Positions 10,655 to 20,500 of a stretch of DNA of 33,446 bases are shown here, piece after piece. The notes beneath the pieces are model-generated. The model ran no database searches. It worked only from the letters and a program-made list of their open reading frames with translations, and was not told where the DNA came from. Made by a program: the position numbers and the translations under genes. The DNA comes from an uncultured bacterium (GTDB lineage Bacteria > SAR324 > NAC60-12): the NCBI GenBank assembly GCA_964010765.1, contig CAXGMD010000035.1:1-33446 (forward strand), read 5' to 3'. Every line of letters starts with the position of its first letter. Position 1 is the stretch's first letter.

Positions 10655-11377
10655 ATGAAGCGCACTCCACAAGTATTCATCATCCTTCTTTTTTGTGTTT
10701 CACTTCTTGGGTATTCATCATTTGCTTCAGCACAATCGAATCTTGATGCTCAATTGGCAGAACTGCAAGCAAGTATGGAGCGGCAAGATAAGATCCTTAA
10801 GACTCTTCAAGGATTGGCAGCTGAACAAGCAAGAACACAAGGAGAGTTAAACCGGCTTCCACTTGCAGTCGAAGACCTTGATGAAGTCCGGAGAGATATT
10901 CGGGTGATTGCAGAGAGCCTGCAGCAACTTCAGAGGGAAGTCGATGATCTTCGGCGAGATCTGAAACAAGCTAAGCTCACATCGGCACCAGCCAGCAAAA
11001 ATTCTGGAGGTGGTGAACCGCTGGTGATTGGACTACTGGCTCTACAATCAGGAGACATTAACCGGGCTGTTGACCAGCTGCAACCGCTGCTGACTGGGAA
11101 TAACGAATATCGTAAGGATGATTTACTGATGGTTTTGGGTAATGGCTTTTTGCAAAGTGGTTATCCAGAACAAGCAGCCTCTCACCTGAGTACACTGGTT
11201 CGAACTTTTCCACAGAGCCAGCACTTGCCATCAGCTCTTTTCTCACTGGGGCAAGCTTTCGGAGACATGCGGGATGAATCTCGCAAATATACCATCTGGA
11301 AAGCCTTGATTGAAGAGTATCCGAACCACCCGATGGCCCTCAAGGCGACTCGTTCTCTGGAAGCGATTCTCCGTTGA
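10655..11377 (+). CDS. cpoB: CpoB/YbgF-like coiled-coil + TPR protein
   Basis: Signal peptide, long coiled coil, TPR region (FPQSQHLPSALFSLG...LIEEYPNHPMA), positioned after tolB. Confidence 0.7.
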   Translation: MKRTPQVFIILLFCVSLLGYSSFASAQSNLDAQLAELQASMERQDKILKTLQGLAAEQARTQGELNRLPLAVEDLDEVRRDIRVIAESLQQLQREVDDLRRDLKQAKLTSAPASKNSGGGEPLVIGLLALQSGDINRAVDQLQPLLTGNNEYRKDDLLMVLGNGFLQSGYPEQAASHLSTLVRTFPQSQHLPSALFSLGQAFGDMRDESRKYTIWKALIEEYPNHPMALKATRSLEAILR

Positions 11378-12372
11378 AGCGTTGCTCTCGCCTTGCTCAG
11401 AGACTCCAGGAGGCGCTACTAGAAGCCGAAGTACCTCTTCAAAGCAGCTTCCTACTTTGTGTCAGTGGGGGAAGCGACTCGATGGCACTTCTACACCTCT
11501 TCAAAGAAATTATTCCTTCTTCCCATCTCCACATTCTGCATTGCAACCACGGAGTACGAACTGAAGCCTACCATGATGCAGTCTTTGTTGAGGAACAGGC
11601 CAAATTGCTCCAAATTCCCATCCACCTACGAATCCACGGAGGCTTGAAGCAGTTACCCAGTGGCTTTCAAGCAGTCGCCAGAGAATGGCGTCGTCAGGAA
11701 GCTGAACGTCTCTGTAAATTGCTGAAACTTTCTTTCATTGTGCAGGGCCACCATAAGGAGGATCAACTAGAAACTCGCGTACATCGAATTTTGCGCGGAA
11801 CACACCTGAGCAATTTACAAGGAATACGGGTGAAGCAAGGACACTGGCTCCATCCTCTCCTTGGCTTCACAAAGCTAGAGCTCAGAAACTATCTCCTCAA
11901 AAATGATCTACTCTGGAAAGAGGACCCAAGCAATGCCGACAACAAGTACACTCGAAATTATCTAAGGCATGAGGTAATCCCCAAACTGCAACAAGTTGCG
12001 GGGGGAGCATTGGAACAAAGGCTTGAAGAACTCTCCCTACAAAGCTTGGCTTTGAAGGAACACCTTCATGCAGAGCGTGAGACTATCTGGTCAAAAGTAT
12101 GTGTCCAAGAATCCGATGTCCTAAAGCTCCGTAACCTAGAATTAATCCGATTATCTGACCTAGTCTGTTGGGAGATTCTTCATCACTGGTTAAAAATGAA
12201 TCACCTTAATCCCAGCTTTGAGCGATTGCAGGGTTTAGCCAAACAGGTCAAAAAATCACCTCGCACCCCTTGGTGCTGGCAGATTGGAAAGGGTTGGCAA
12301 GTTCGATCCAAAAGTAGCCAGCTGACTCTTGAACAAATCGTTAACGCTTCAACAAAGGTACCGCGTGATTAG
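11374..12372 (+). CDS. tilS: tRNA(Ile)-lysidine synthetase (short form)
   Basis: PP-loop VSGGSDSMALL, HCNHGVR, GHHKEDQLET, WKEDPSN...RNYLRH. TTG start overlaps the cpoB stop. Confidence 0.92.
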   Translation: MKRCSRLAQRLQEALLEAEVPLQSSFLLCVSGGSDSMALLHLFKEIIPSSHLHILHCNHGVRTEAYHDAVFVEEQAKLLQIPIHLRIHGGLKQLPSGFQAVAREWRRQEAERLCKLLKLSFIVQGHHKEDQLETRVHRILRGTHLSNLQGIRVKQGHWLHPLLGFTKLELRNYLLKNDLLWKEDPSNADNKYTRNYLRHEVIPKLQQVAGGALEQRLEELSLQSLALKEHLHAERETIWSKVCVQESDVLKLRNLELIRLSDLVCWEILHHWLKMNHLNPSFERLQGLAKQVKKSPRTPWCWQIGKGWQVRSKSSQLTLEQIVNASTKVPRD

Positions 12373-12374
12373 AT

Positions 12375-14969
12375 TCAGCCTAATGGCTTGAACTCGATTC
12401 TTCCGTTTCTCAGTTGAACATAGAGTTTTTGCCCATCTTTGACGGTTCCCGAGAGAAGAGCCCTTGCCAAAGGAGTTTCGAGTTCCTTCTGAATTGCTCT
12501 TTTCAGCGGACGTGCTCCGTACAGTGGATCAAACCCTGTTTCACTCAGCAATTTTATTGCGTCTGGGCTCATCTCTAGTTCAATTCTGCGCTCATCGAGT
12601 CTCTTCTGTAATCTCTTCAACTGGATCTGCACAATTTCCAGCAAATCTTCTTGTTGCAAAGGATGAAATACAATCGTGTCATCGATTCGATTGAGGAACT
12701 CAGGACGGAAGTGCACCTTCAACTCGGCCAGGACAGACTGTCGAATGGATTGGAAATCTACTTTGTTATCGGTTTGCTCCATGATCCTTGTGGAACCAAG
12801 ATTGGAAGTCATCAGAATAAGTGCATTGCGAAAATCTACAGTCCTGCCCTGAGAGTCTGTCAGTCGACCATCCTCCAAAATCTGTAGTAAAATATTGAAG
12901 ACATCATAATGGGCCTTTTCAATCTCGTCGAAGAGAATGACACTGTAAGGCCTTCGGCGAATCGCTTCCGTTAACTGACCTCCTTCTTCGTAGCCCACAT
13001 AGCCTGGAGGAGCACCGATCAGTCGAGCCACAGCATGTTTTTCCATATACTCGGACATATCGATCCGCACCATGCTTTGCTCATCATCAAAGAGAAACTC
13101 TGCTAATGCACGGGCTAGCTCGGTCTTCCCCACCCCAGTTGGTCCAAGAAAAATGAAACTTCCGAGGGGTCGTTGTGGATCATTGATGCCAGAACGTGCT
13201 CTCAAAACTGCATCTGAAACGGTCTCAATTGCTTGATGCTGTCCGACTACACGCTGTTGTAGATGCTCAGGAAGTCGGAGTAATTTTTCATGCTCACTTT
13301 CCAACATTCTACTGACAGGAATTCCAGTCCATCGAGCAACAATCTCAGCAATGTCATCACTGCTGACTTCTTCACGTAAGAGTTGGTTCTGATGCTGCTC
13401 CGCAGTCATCTGAGCTTGTCTAAGCTGATTCTCCAGATCTCTCAAAACTCCGTATTCCAATTTGGCGGCTTCTTCCAAATTGTAGTTTCGCTTGGCCTGT
13501 TCAATTGCAAGTCGGGTTTCCTCAAGTTGCTTTTTCAAATCACTCAAGGATTGTAATGATTCTTTTTCCTTACTCCATTGCAGCGTCAGTGTGTCCATTT
13601 TGTTCTGCAAATCTGCCAACTCACGACTGAGAATCTCGAGACGCTGGATAGAGGCTGAATCCTCTTCTTTCTTCAAAGCTTCTTTTTCAATTTCGAGTTG
13701 TAGAATTCTTCTCGAAATTTCGTCCATCTCTGCCGGCATTGAGTTGATCTCAACTCTAAGTTTTGCAGCGGCTTCATCCATCAAATCGATCGCTTTATCA
13801 GGTAGAAACCGATCAGCGATATAGCGATTGGAAAGGGTAGCTGCTGCAATGAGCGCGTTATCCTTGATCCGAACACCGTGGTGAATTTCATAGCGTTCTT
13901 TCAGACCCCGCAAAATTGAAATCGTATCTTCAACGCTTGGTTGGTCGACCAAAACTTGCTGGAATCTACGCTCCAGTGCGGGATCTTTTTCGATATGTTT
14001 TCGGTATTCATTAAGCGTGGTTGCCCCAATACAATGCAATTCACCCCGGGCTAGCATTGGCTTCAGCAGATTACCGGCATCCATAGCACCTTCTGTCTTC
14101 CCCGCTCCAACTACGGTGTGTAGTTCATCTATAAACAGAATGATTTCACCATCAGATTTTTGGACCTCCTGAAGAACAGCCTTCAGGCGCTCTTCAAATT
14201 CACCTCGATACTTGGCACCGGCAATCAAGGCTCCCATATCCAGGGATACGATACGTTTATCTTTCAAACTATCGGGAACATCATTACGAACAATTCTTTG
14301 GGCCAAACCTTCCGCAATTGCAGTTTTACCAACTCCAGGTTCCCCAATCAGCACAGGATTATTCTTTGTACGACGAGATAGAACCTGCGTAACTCTTCGA
14401 ATTTCATCATCTCTTCCAATCACTGGATCAAGCTTGCCTTCTTGAGCTTGCTTGGTGAGATCCTGTCCGTATTTTTCTAAGGCTTGGTAGGTTTCTTCAG
14501 GATTTTGTGAATTGACCCTTTGATGGCCTCGAACTTCTTCTAAAGTCTTACGAACTCTCTCCTTGGTGATTCCAGATTCTGCCAAGAAGCGTCCGGCACT
14601 ACCCCTCTTACCCTCACCCACCAAAGCTAAAAGCAGATGCTCGACGCTGATGAAGGAATCCTTCATCTTCTTGGATTCTTCTTCAGCACTGACGAGGACC
14701 TGATTTAATTCTCCTGAGCCACTCACTTGCGTTGCGGAGGATCCACTGAGGGTAGGTAGTGCATCTAATCGTTGTGCTAGTTGCATCTGAAAAGTGGGTA
14801 AGACAATCTCCATCTTTTCCAACAATCGTGGAATCAGGCCATTTTCTTGAGCCACGAGTGCTTGCAAAAGATGAATACTGATAATCTGAGTGTTTTGCCT
14901 CCGAATCGCTTCATTCTGAGATGCCTCTAGGGCAAGCAAAGATTTTTCTGTGAATTTTCGCGGATCCAT
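12375..14969 (-). CDS. clpB: ATP-dependent chaperone ClpB
   Basis: Two AAA modules ([16 protein letters not shown]), coiled-coil M domain, [19 protein letters not shown] at 14969 behind a GGAG RBS. Confidence 0.97.
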   Translation of the reverse strand: MDPRKFTEKSLLALEASQNEAIRRQNTQIISIHLLQALVAQENGLIPRLLEKMEIVLPTFQMQLAQRLDALPTLSGSSATQVSGSGELNQVLVSAEEESKKMKDSFISVEHLLLALVGEGKRGSAGRFLAESGITKERVRKTLEEVRGHQRVNSQNPEETYQALEKYGQDLTKQAQEGKLDPVIGRDDEIRRVTQVLSRRTKNNPVLIGEPGVGKTAIAEGLAQRIVRNDVPDSLKDKRIVSLDMGALIAGAKYRGEFEERLKAVLQEVQKSDGEIILFIDELHTVVGAGKTEGAMDAGNLLKPMLARGELHCIGATTLNEYRKHIEKDPALERRFQQVLVDQPSVEDTISILRGLKERYEIHHGVRIKDNALIAAATLSNRYIADRFLPDKAIDLMDEAAAKLRVEINSMPAEMDEISRRILQLEIEKEALKKEEDSASIQRLEILSRELADLQNKMDTLTLQWSKEKESLQSLSDLKKQLEETRLAIEQAKRNYNLEEAAKLEYGVLRDLENQLRQAQMTAEQHQNQLLREEVSSDDIAEIVARWTGIPVSRMLESEHEKLLRLPEHLQQRVVGQHQAIETVSDAVLRARSGINDPQRPLGSFIFLGPTGVGKTELARALAEFLFDDEQSMVRIDMSEYMEKHAVARLIGAPPGYVGYEEGGQLTEAIRRRPYSVILFDEIEKAHYDVFNILLQILEDGRLTDSQGRTVDFRNALILMTSNLGSTRIMEQTDNKVDFQSIRQSVLAELKVHFRPEFLNRIDDTIVFHPLQQEDLLEIVQIQLKRLQKRLDERRIELEMSPDAIKLLSETGFDPLYGARPLKRAIQKELETPLARALLSGTVKDGQKLYVQLRNGRIEFKPLG

Positions 14970-14995
14970 AAAATTCTCCAATGACTAATTGATTG

Positions 14996-15022
14996 TTAGC
15001 ACTCATATTAAGAGAGTGCTAA
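14996..15022. promoter_or_regulatory. CIRCE element (HrcA operator) upstream of clpB
   Basis: Exact consensus TTAGCACTC-N9(atattaaga)-GAGTGCTAA, 26 bp upstream of the clpB ATG. Confidence 0.95.
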
Positions 15023-15033
15023 CAAAAAAGCAA
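15005..15033 (-). promoter_or_regulatory. Putative sigma70-type clpB promoter overlapping CIRCE
   Basis: Minus strand TTGCTT (15033-15028), 17 bp spacer, TAATAT (15010-15005). The -10 lies inside the CIRCE spacer. Confidence 0.55.
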
Positions 15034-15052
15034 GTGTTGCATTAAAATACTC

Positions 15053-15070
15053 GCTCTCAAGTTGAAGAGC
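15053..15070 (-). terminator. Possible weak hairpin terminator after the AttH-like gene
   Basis: GCTCTTCAACTTGAGAGC imperfect stem on the minus strand followed by GAGTATTTT; poor U-tract. Confidence 0.25.
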
Positions 15071-15111
15071 ATTGTTCAAACTAAATGTTAAAAAATTCTG
15101 AGGGAGTTTAA

Positions 15112-16293
15112 CTACGACTCATCCACAGAGGTCATGAATTGATCGTAGCCGGTCATCTCCACGTATCCGACGCCTTGTATAGGTTGTCCATTCTGAGTGC
15201 CTTGCACACGAACTGATCCTTCCCAGTAAGAAACCGTAGTTTGTAATTCCTGGTCACTCATTCTAGGTGAAATTTCCAGATCAAGATTTTCAGAAGCTAG
15301 CTTCAAGGTCCACCCCGCCGGATAGGATGCTCCGCTGTTGGGACTTTTCCAAAATTCAACGACCTTGAGAGCTACTTCTTCAAAGTTCAGATTTCGGCTT
15401 TCTCCATTTGGATTGACCAATTTGCCCGAACTTTGTTCATCTGGTTTTCCAGCTTTATCTCGCAGTTGATAGTACATCAAATCTGTCCCATCGTTCAGTT
15501 GCAGTGCGAACCAATCCCAGCCTACTTGGTTTGACTCAAGGACGCTTGTACTCCACTCACGATCCAACCAACTTGAACCAGTAACATCAAAAATTCCGTC
15601 AGGAGTGATTACTTCACCACTCGCAATCATTCGTGTGAAAGAATAGTAATAAGAGGCATTGCCCGGTTCTTTACCTTTCTGGCTCAGTCCCTGATTCCCT
15701 TGGAGTACCAATGGCTTAATTGGAGTCACTTCTAGATTGATCCCAAATTCTTCCGTCTTAGCAAATAGTTGCCATTTCATGGGATCCTTACTCACTCCTT
15801 TGATCTCCCAATCATCTAACCAAATTCTTAGAGGCTGTGCGTCCACTCCAGCCAATCCCAAAGCAGCACGTTGAAAGCGTTCCGCGTGGTAAAAGCGATT
15901 TTCCTGAATATCCGAAAGAGCCAGATGCCCCATATAGAGTTGGTTTGTTCTCCAAGGTGAACCGGATTCTTCGGGAACTTCTGGTACTAGCGAATTTCGA
16001 AACAAGGTCACTTGAAAACCGAAGGGACGTCCAACTTCATTCTTTAGATTCCCAGTAAAATACCACCACTCATTACGAAATTCTGGATGATCAGCGTGAT
16101 CACTGGGAAATGAAAAAGACCTTGGCTCCAGCGCACGTGCGTAGCCGGACACATCACCACCCCCCAATGCCTCTGCCACATTTAGGTTGCTGCTACTCTG
16201 GATTGGCAGCTCTCGTTGATGAAGCGTATACCAAGTGAACCCAAGGAGAGTTAGAAAACCGCAGAAGGCCAAAATCAATTTATAGTTTCGCAT
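15112..16293 (-). CDS. AttH/CrtC-like lipocalin-domain protein (hydratase-like), N-terminally anchored
   Basis: FPxDHxxHP, EWWYFTGNL, GFQVTLFR, ASYYYS, WLDREWS, GWDWFALQL, YWEG, GYVEMTGY. Confidence 0.8.
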   Translation of the reverse strand: MRNYKLILAFCGFLTLLGFTWYTLHQRELPIQSSSNLNVAEALGGGDVSGYARALEPRSFSFPSDHADHPEFRNEWWYFTGNLKNEVGRPFGFQVTLFRNSLVPEVPEESGSPWRTNQLYMGHLALSDIQENRFYHAERFQRAALGLAGVDAQPLRIWLDDWEIKGVSKDPMKWQLFAKTEEFGINLEVTPIKPLVLQGNQGLSQKGKEPGNASYYYSFTRMIASGEVITPDGIFDVTGSSWLDREWSTSVLESNQVGWDWFALQLNDGTDLMYYQLRDKAGKPDEQSSGKLVNPNGESRNLNFEEVALKVVEFWKSPNSGASYPAGWTLKLASENLDLEISPRMSDQELQTTVSYWEGSVRVQGTQNGQPIQGVGYVEMTGYDQFMTSVDES

Positions 16294-16536
16294 TCACCTC
16301 ATGAAATAAAAGTAAGAGAGTTGTCACCGACAATTATTGGATCTTGATCTGAGAGAAAAGTCTAAGAATGTTTAGTGTAAGATAAAATAATAAATGAAAC
16401 CAGCGAACTAGCTGTAGGAACGAAATGAATGGTGGGAGGAAGAGCTTGTCAGATCTTGGCTAGCTGCATTCAAACAAATTCTTGATGGGAAATCAGAATT
16501 TTTGGAAACCAGAGCAATTCTTTCGCTGAAAGAGCT

Positions 16537-17832
16537 TCAGTTTAAAATAGGTAGATGTTCTTGATAGATGGCTTGGAAGGCTTTGATCATGTAATCTGCG
16601 TCAAGAGAACCACAAGTCTCTCTGATTGAGTGCATGGCAAGCATCGCAGCGCCCACATCAACGGTTTCTACCCCAAGACGTGCTGCGGTGATCGGACCAA
16701 TCGTAGAACCACACGCCAGATCGGTGCGCATCACAAATTTTTGAACAGGGACATCACACTGATAACAGATTTGTTCGAACCAAGCTTCTGTCCTTGCAGA
16801 GGTAGCGTAACGGCCTTGAGAATTCCGTTTGATGACTGGTCCTTCATTCATTTGAGGAAAGTGATTTGGATCGTGCTGCTCTGCGTAATTAGGATGAACA
16901 GCGTGTGCCATGTCTGCCGATACAAGGATCGAATTGGCTACTGCGCGTTCGTAGGCTTGTGGAGTCCCAGTCTGCTCCGCTAATCTTCTGATAACAAATT
17001 CCAGAAAGGAGGAATGAGCGCCCTCAGTTGTTTGACTGCCAATTTCTTCGTGATCGTAACAAACCAAAACCTGAGTCCAAGGCTTCGGAGAGTTGGAGTG
17101 ACAAAATGCCTGTAATCCGGTAAAGCAACAGAATAAGTTATCCAAACGCGCTGAGGCAATGAATTCCAGATCTGGCCCCCAGCACTGTGCTGATTGGGTG
17201 TCGTAAAGACTTAAATCCCAACTCCGGATCTTGCTCGCCTCCAAATCCAATTCCTCTGCAAGCCAGAACTTCAAAGCATCTTCAGTTTCCCAGTTTTGAC
17301 TCTTGGTCAAAATGGGTGGCAGATGTTTTTGCTTGTTAAGTTGTAGGCCTTTATCATTTACCTCACGATTCAAATGAATCGCTAGCTGTGGGATTCTGAC
17401 CAGTGGTCGATTACAGAGAAGAGGATAAGTCTTCAGCCCATTTTTAGACTCAACGAAGACCCTTCCTGCCAAAGACAAATCTCTGTCAGTCCAAGTCCCT
17501 AACAACACCCCACCATATACCTCCACTCCCAGTTGACGGTAGCCACTACGGGTGATATTAGGATGGGGCTTGAGCCGAAGGTTGGGGCTATCGGTATGAG
17601 CTCCAACAATATGGGCTCCATAATCTGGGAGAGATTCTCCCTGAATCCAAGCGACAATGCTGGTTTCACCCCGAGTTACATAGTATTTTCCGCCCTGCTC
17701 CGTCTCCCAAAGTTGACTTTCTCGCAACTCAAGGAAGCCACTCTCAACGAGTTGGTGCTTGATTGACTGAACTGCATGGAAAGGCGTCGGAGATAAATTC
17801 AAAAATTGGAGCAAGTTCGAAATGTACGACAT
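16537..17832 (-). CDS. apeB: M18 family (aspartyl) aminopeptidase
   Basis: SPTPFHAV, GAHTDSP, RLDN, DHEEIGS, SADMAHAVHPNY, CGSTIGP, LAMHSIRE. Confidence 0.9.
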   Translation of the reverse strand: MSYISNLLQFLNLSPTPFHAVQSIKHQLVESGFLELRESQLWETEQGGKYYVTRGETSIVAWIQGESLPDYGAHIVGAHTDSPNLRLKPHPNITRSGYRQLGVEVYGGVLLGTWTDRDLSLAGRVFVESKNGLKTYPLLCNRPLVRIPQLAIHLNREVNDKGLQLNKQKHLPPILTKSQNWETEDALKFWLAEELDLEASKIRSWDLSLYDTQSAQCWGPDLEFIASARLDNLFCCFTGLQAFCHSNSPKPWTQVLVCYDHEEIGSQTTEGAHSSFLEFVIRRLAEQTGTPQAYERAVANSILVSADMAHAVHPNYAEQHDPNHFPQMNEGPVIKRNSQGRYATSARTEAWFEQICYQCDVPVQKFVMRTDLACGSTIGPITAARLGVETVDVGAAMLAMHSIRETCGSLDADYMIKAFQAIYQEHLPILN

Positions 17833-17837
17833 AAAAA

Positions 17838-18998
17838 TTACAGGGCCATTGCTACCAAAATAATCAGTAAGTAAATACCAAACATGATTGTAGATTTTGT
17901 CTTGGTAAGTGTGTAGTTATCACTCCAGAAGAGATAGATTGCCAATGCAGTAGCCCCAACCAGCATATACACTAATTCGATCTGCGGCAAATTTACTGGG
18001 GTAACAGACCCGGTCAACACTAAAGCAAGTAGGATCGGGACACTAAGGCAAATACAAATATCAAAAATATTGCTTCCGAAGACATTGGATATTGCAGCAT
18101 CGTAATTACCCCTTTTCGCACTCAGAACAGAGAGTACCGTATCTGGCACCGAAGTCCCGGCTGCGATCACAATGAAGCCCATAATCACCGCATCAATACC
18201 AAGTAGATCACCAAGCTGGATGGAGGCCTCAACCAATATGTGTGAGGCTAAGCCCATTACCAGCATCATTCCTAATATCCACTTCCATGCGTGAGGTTCA
18301 TCCCGAATTTCCAATTCAGATTCTTCTTCCTCTTCAACACTAGCTTCAGTTTCTGTTGGAACACTCTCATTATTGTCCTCTTCAGCCAAATTTCTTTTGT
18401 GTTTGCGATAATCAATGTTTAACCAAAAAATATAGCCCACGTAAGCGAGAATAAATAATGCAGCAACACCAAAACCCCAGGCATTAGGGAATGCCAACAA
18501 AGCTACGAGCAACAAAATTACCACGCCAAAATACATCAAGCTGTCTCTCCAAACCACCTCCTTACCAATTTTCATTGGCCCTTTAGCAACTAGGCCTGCA
18601 GCAGCTGGAATGATTAAGACGTTGTAAAGCGCAGATCCTACAATCGACGAAATACCCACTTCAGCTCTTCCCAACAAAATCACCGCAATGACTGCAACAC
18701 AAAATTCTGGGAATGAACTAGCAACAGCATCAATCACAGCTGCTTTAATGGATTCAGGGAGTTTGTGTTTCTCCTGAACATAATCTGCAGCTGGCTGGAA
18801 AAAATCTCCCGCTCGCCAGATAGCAATGGAGGCGAAAACAATTAAGCTCACCCACAAAAGGAACGATACTGGCCAAATTTTGAGCCCCACTAAATGCAGA
18901 ATAGCCAAGGCCATGATCACCACCGTTAAATTTGCAACATGGTGGTAAATTCCCCCACCAAAGAAAAAACGCAGGGGCTGGACAAGGTTAAAATTCAT
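17838..18998 (-). CDS. Ca2+/cation antiporter (CaCA family, NCKX-like motifs)
   Basis: About 11 hydrophobic segments, alpha repeats ASSFPEF..VGSALYN and AGTSVPD..FGSNIFD, acidic central loop. Confidence 0.85.
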   Translation of the reverse strand: MNFNLVQPLRFFFGGGIYHHVANLTVVIMALAILHLVGLKIWPVSFLLWVSLIVFASIAIWRAGDFFQPAADYVQEKHKLPESIKAAVIDAVASSFPEFCVAVIAVILLGRAEVGISSIVGSALYNVLIIPAAAGLVAKGPMKIGKEVVWRDSLMYFGVVILLLVALLAFPNAWGFGVAALFILAYVGYIFWLNIDYRKHKRNLAEEDNNESVPTETEASVEEEEESELEIRDEPHAWKWILGMMLVMGLASHILVEASIQLGDLLGIDAVIMGFIVIAAGTSVPDTVLSVLSAKRGNYDAAISNVFGSNIFDICICLSVPILLALVLTGSVTPVNLPQIELVYMLVGATALAIYLFWSDNYTLTKTKSTIMFGIYLLIILVAMAL

Positions 18999-19651
18999 TG
19001 TGATCTCTGAGAAGAATTGTTCGAAGAAGGGCTTCGCAAAACACCCTCGCTACCTTCGCGTAATCTCCTGAGATTATCGCGATGGCAGTATATCAGAAGC
19101 AGACTCAAAGCGGCTTGAATTGCAGTTAAATCCCATGTTGGCATCTCTGTCATCATCCCTGGCAAAACAAGACTGACCGCTGGTAATAGGCAAAGCATCA
19201 CAATTGCTGAAAGGCTGGATATTTTTTTCCAGGCAAACATCAGCAACCAAGTTCCCATACCCACTAACGCTAGTGGGTAATAGACCGCCAATAGCGTTCC
19301 AATTTGACACGAAATCCCCTTACCACCCTTGAAACGCAGAAAAACTGGAAAGATATGCCCAAGAATTGCGAAGGCCCCAACCAGCATCAGAGTTCCAAAT
19401 GCAGGTTCGGGCGTTGGCTCTTCCACCAGCAGTAAACCTGCTATCACAACAGCAAGCCACGCTTTACCAAAATCCAGAATGAATGTCAGCGCTCCAGGTA
19501 ATTTACCACCAACTCTCATGACGTTGGTCATGCCAATGTTTCCACTGCCCTGCTGACGCACGTCCACACCCAACCAGAATCGGCCGATCAACAGTCCAAA
19601 AGGGATGCTTCCGAGGAGATAAGCAATGAGGAGAGAAATAAGGAGGGACAT
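18995..19651 (-). CDS. plsY: Glycerol-3-phosphate acyltransferase PlsY
   Basis: AYLLGSIPFG, GSGNIGMTNVMR, LDFGK, GHIFPVFLRFKGGKG, HRDNLRRLREG. Confidence 0.95.
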   Translation of the reverse strand: MSLLISLLIAYLLGSIPFGLLIGRFWLGVDVRQQGSGNIGMTNVMRVGGKLPGALTFILDFGKAWLAVVIAGLLLVEEPTPEPAFGTLMLVGAFAILGHIFPVFLRFKGGKGISCQIGTLLAVYYPLALVGMGTWLLMFAWKKISSLSAIVMLCLLPAVSLVLPGMMTEMPTWDLTAIQAALSLLLIYCHRDNLRRLREGSEGVLRSPSSNNSSQRSQ

Positions 19652-19750
19652 TCAGCTTGGTTTCAAGGATTCGTAAAAGCTGAAAGCTCTGTATTTGACT
19701 CAAACAGAACTTCCAGCACTCACTAACCTATCTAGTTTGACAACTCAAAC

Positions 19751-20224
19751 TCATTCTTTGTATTCGAGATCCCCCATGAGGCTATCATCGACCGCAAAGT
19801 CGAAGTCTGGTTCTAATTCCAATTGAGGACTTGCTTCAGGAGAATTGTTTGCCTCGCGTTCCTTTGTTTGTTGCGGGGCTGGTCCAACTGGAGCAGGCTG
19901 ACTCATTGGTGCAGAACCGAGTTGAGTACCATACGGATAGGTTTGAGCTTGCCTACGCTGCAACTGTGCCGGACTCGGCACTAGAATAGCTGCAGTCAGC
20001 AACAGCAGCGCGAGAGCAAAACATCCGCAGTAAATCAGTCCGTTAAAGTACAGATCGTACTTTTGCTTATCAAGATAATAAGTGACGGTTTCAAAACCAC
20101 TGTAGGTGCGATAGCTGACCTTCCCCATGCCACTATAAAAGTAGTACATCCCGAAGGTCATCATTCCCAGGGTTGCCAAGAAACCAATCGTGTAGAGATT
20201 GGAGTAAGTTTGATTCTGAGGCAT
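19751..20224 (-). CDS. Hypothetical 2-TM membrane protein with P/Q-rich linker and acidic tail
   Basis: 157 aa ORF with a GAGG RBS, two hydrophobic helices, co-oriented with plsY. Confidence 0.6.
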   Translation of the reverse strand: MPQNQTYSNLYTIGFLATLGMMTFGMYYFYSGMGKVSYRTYSGFETVTYYLDKQKYDLYFNGLIYCGCFALALLLLTAAILVPSPAQLQRRQAQTYPYGTQLGSAPMSQPAPVGPAPQQTKEREANNSPEASPQLELEPDFDFAVDDSLMGDLEYKE

Positions 20225-20500
20225 ACGCCCTCTGTATGACTAAAAGCCCAAGGCACAGCATGCTTCCTCTCGTCTCAGAGACTGGGCAAACTTATTGCAC
20301 TTTGGACAGAATCTAGCTCCAAATTCTCATGAATTCATGGAGCCAAGTTTTTGCCTTAATTGTTCTATCGGCTGTTTAAAACAAAACTTGAGTCCTTTTT
20401 TCGATTGCCACTCTGGACCTCTTGCTTTAGCACTATTACTTAGCTTCTATCTCCCCGGGGTGAGCCCGGTAATTCATCAACGACCGAAGTCCACATCAAC

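Noticed and set aside
16294..16536. Imperfect hairpins in the apeB / AttH-like intergenic region as a possible ncRNA
   Set aside because: Stems are short and AT-rich, with no recognisable RNA family; at most a terminator or promoter region.
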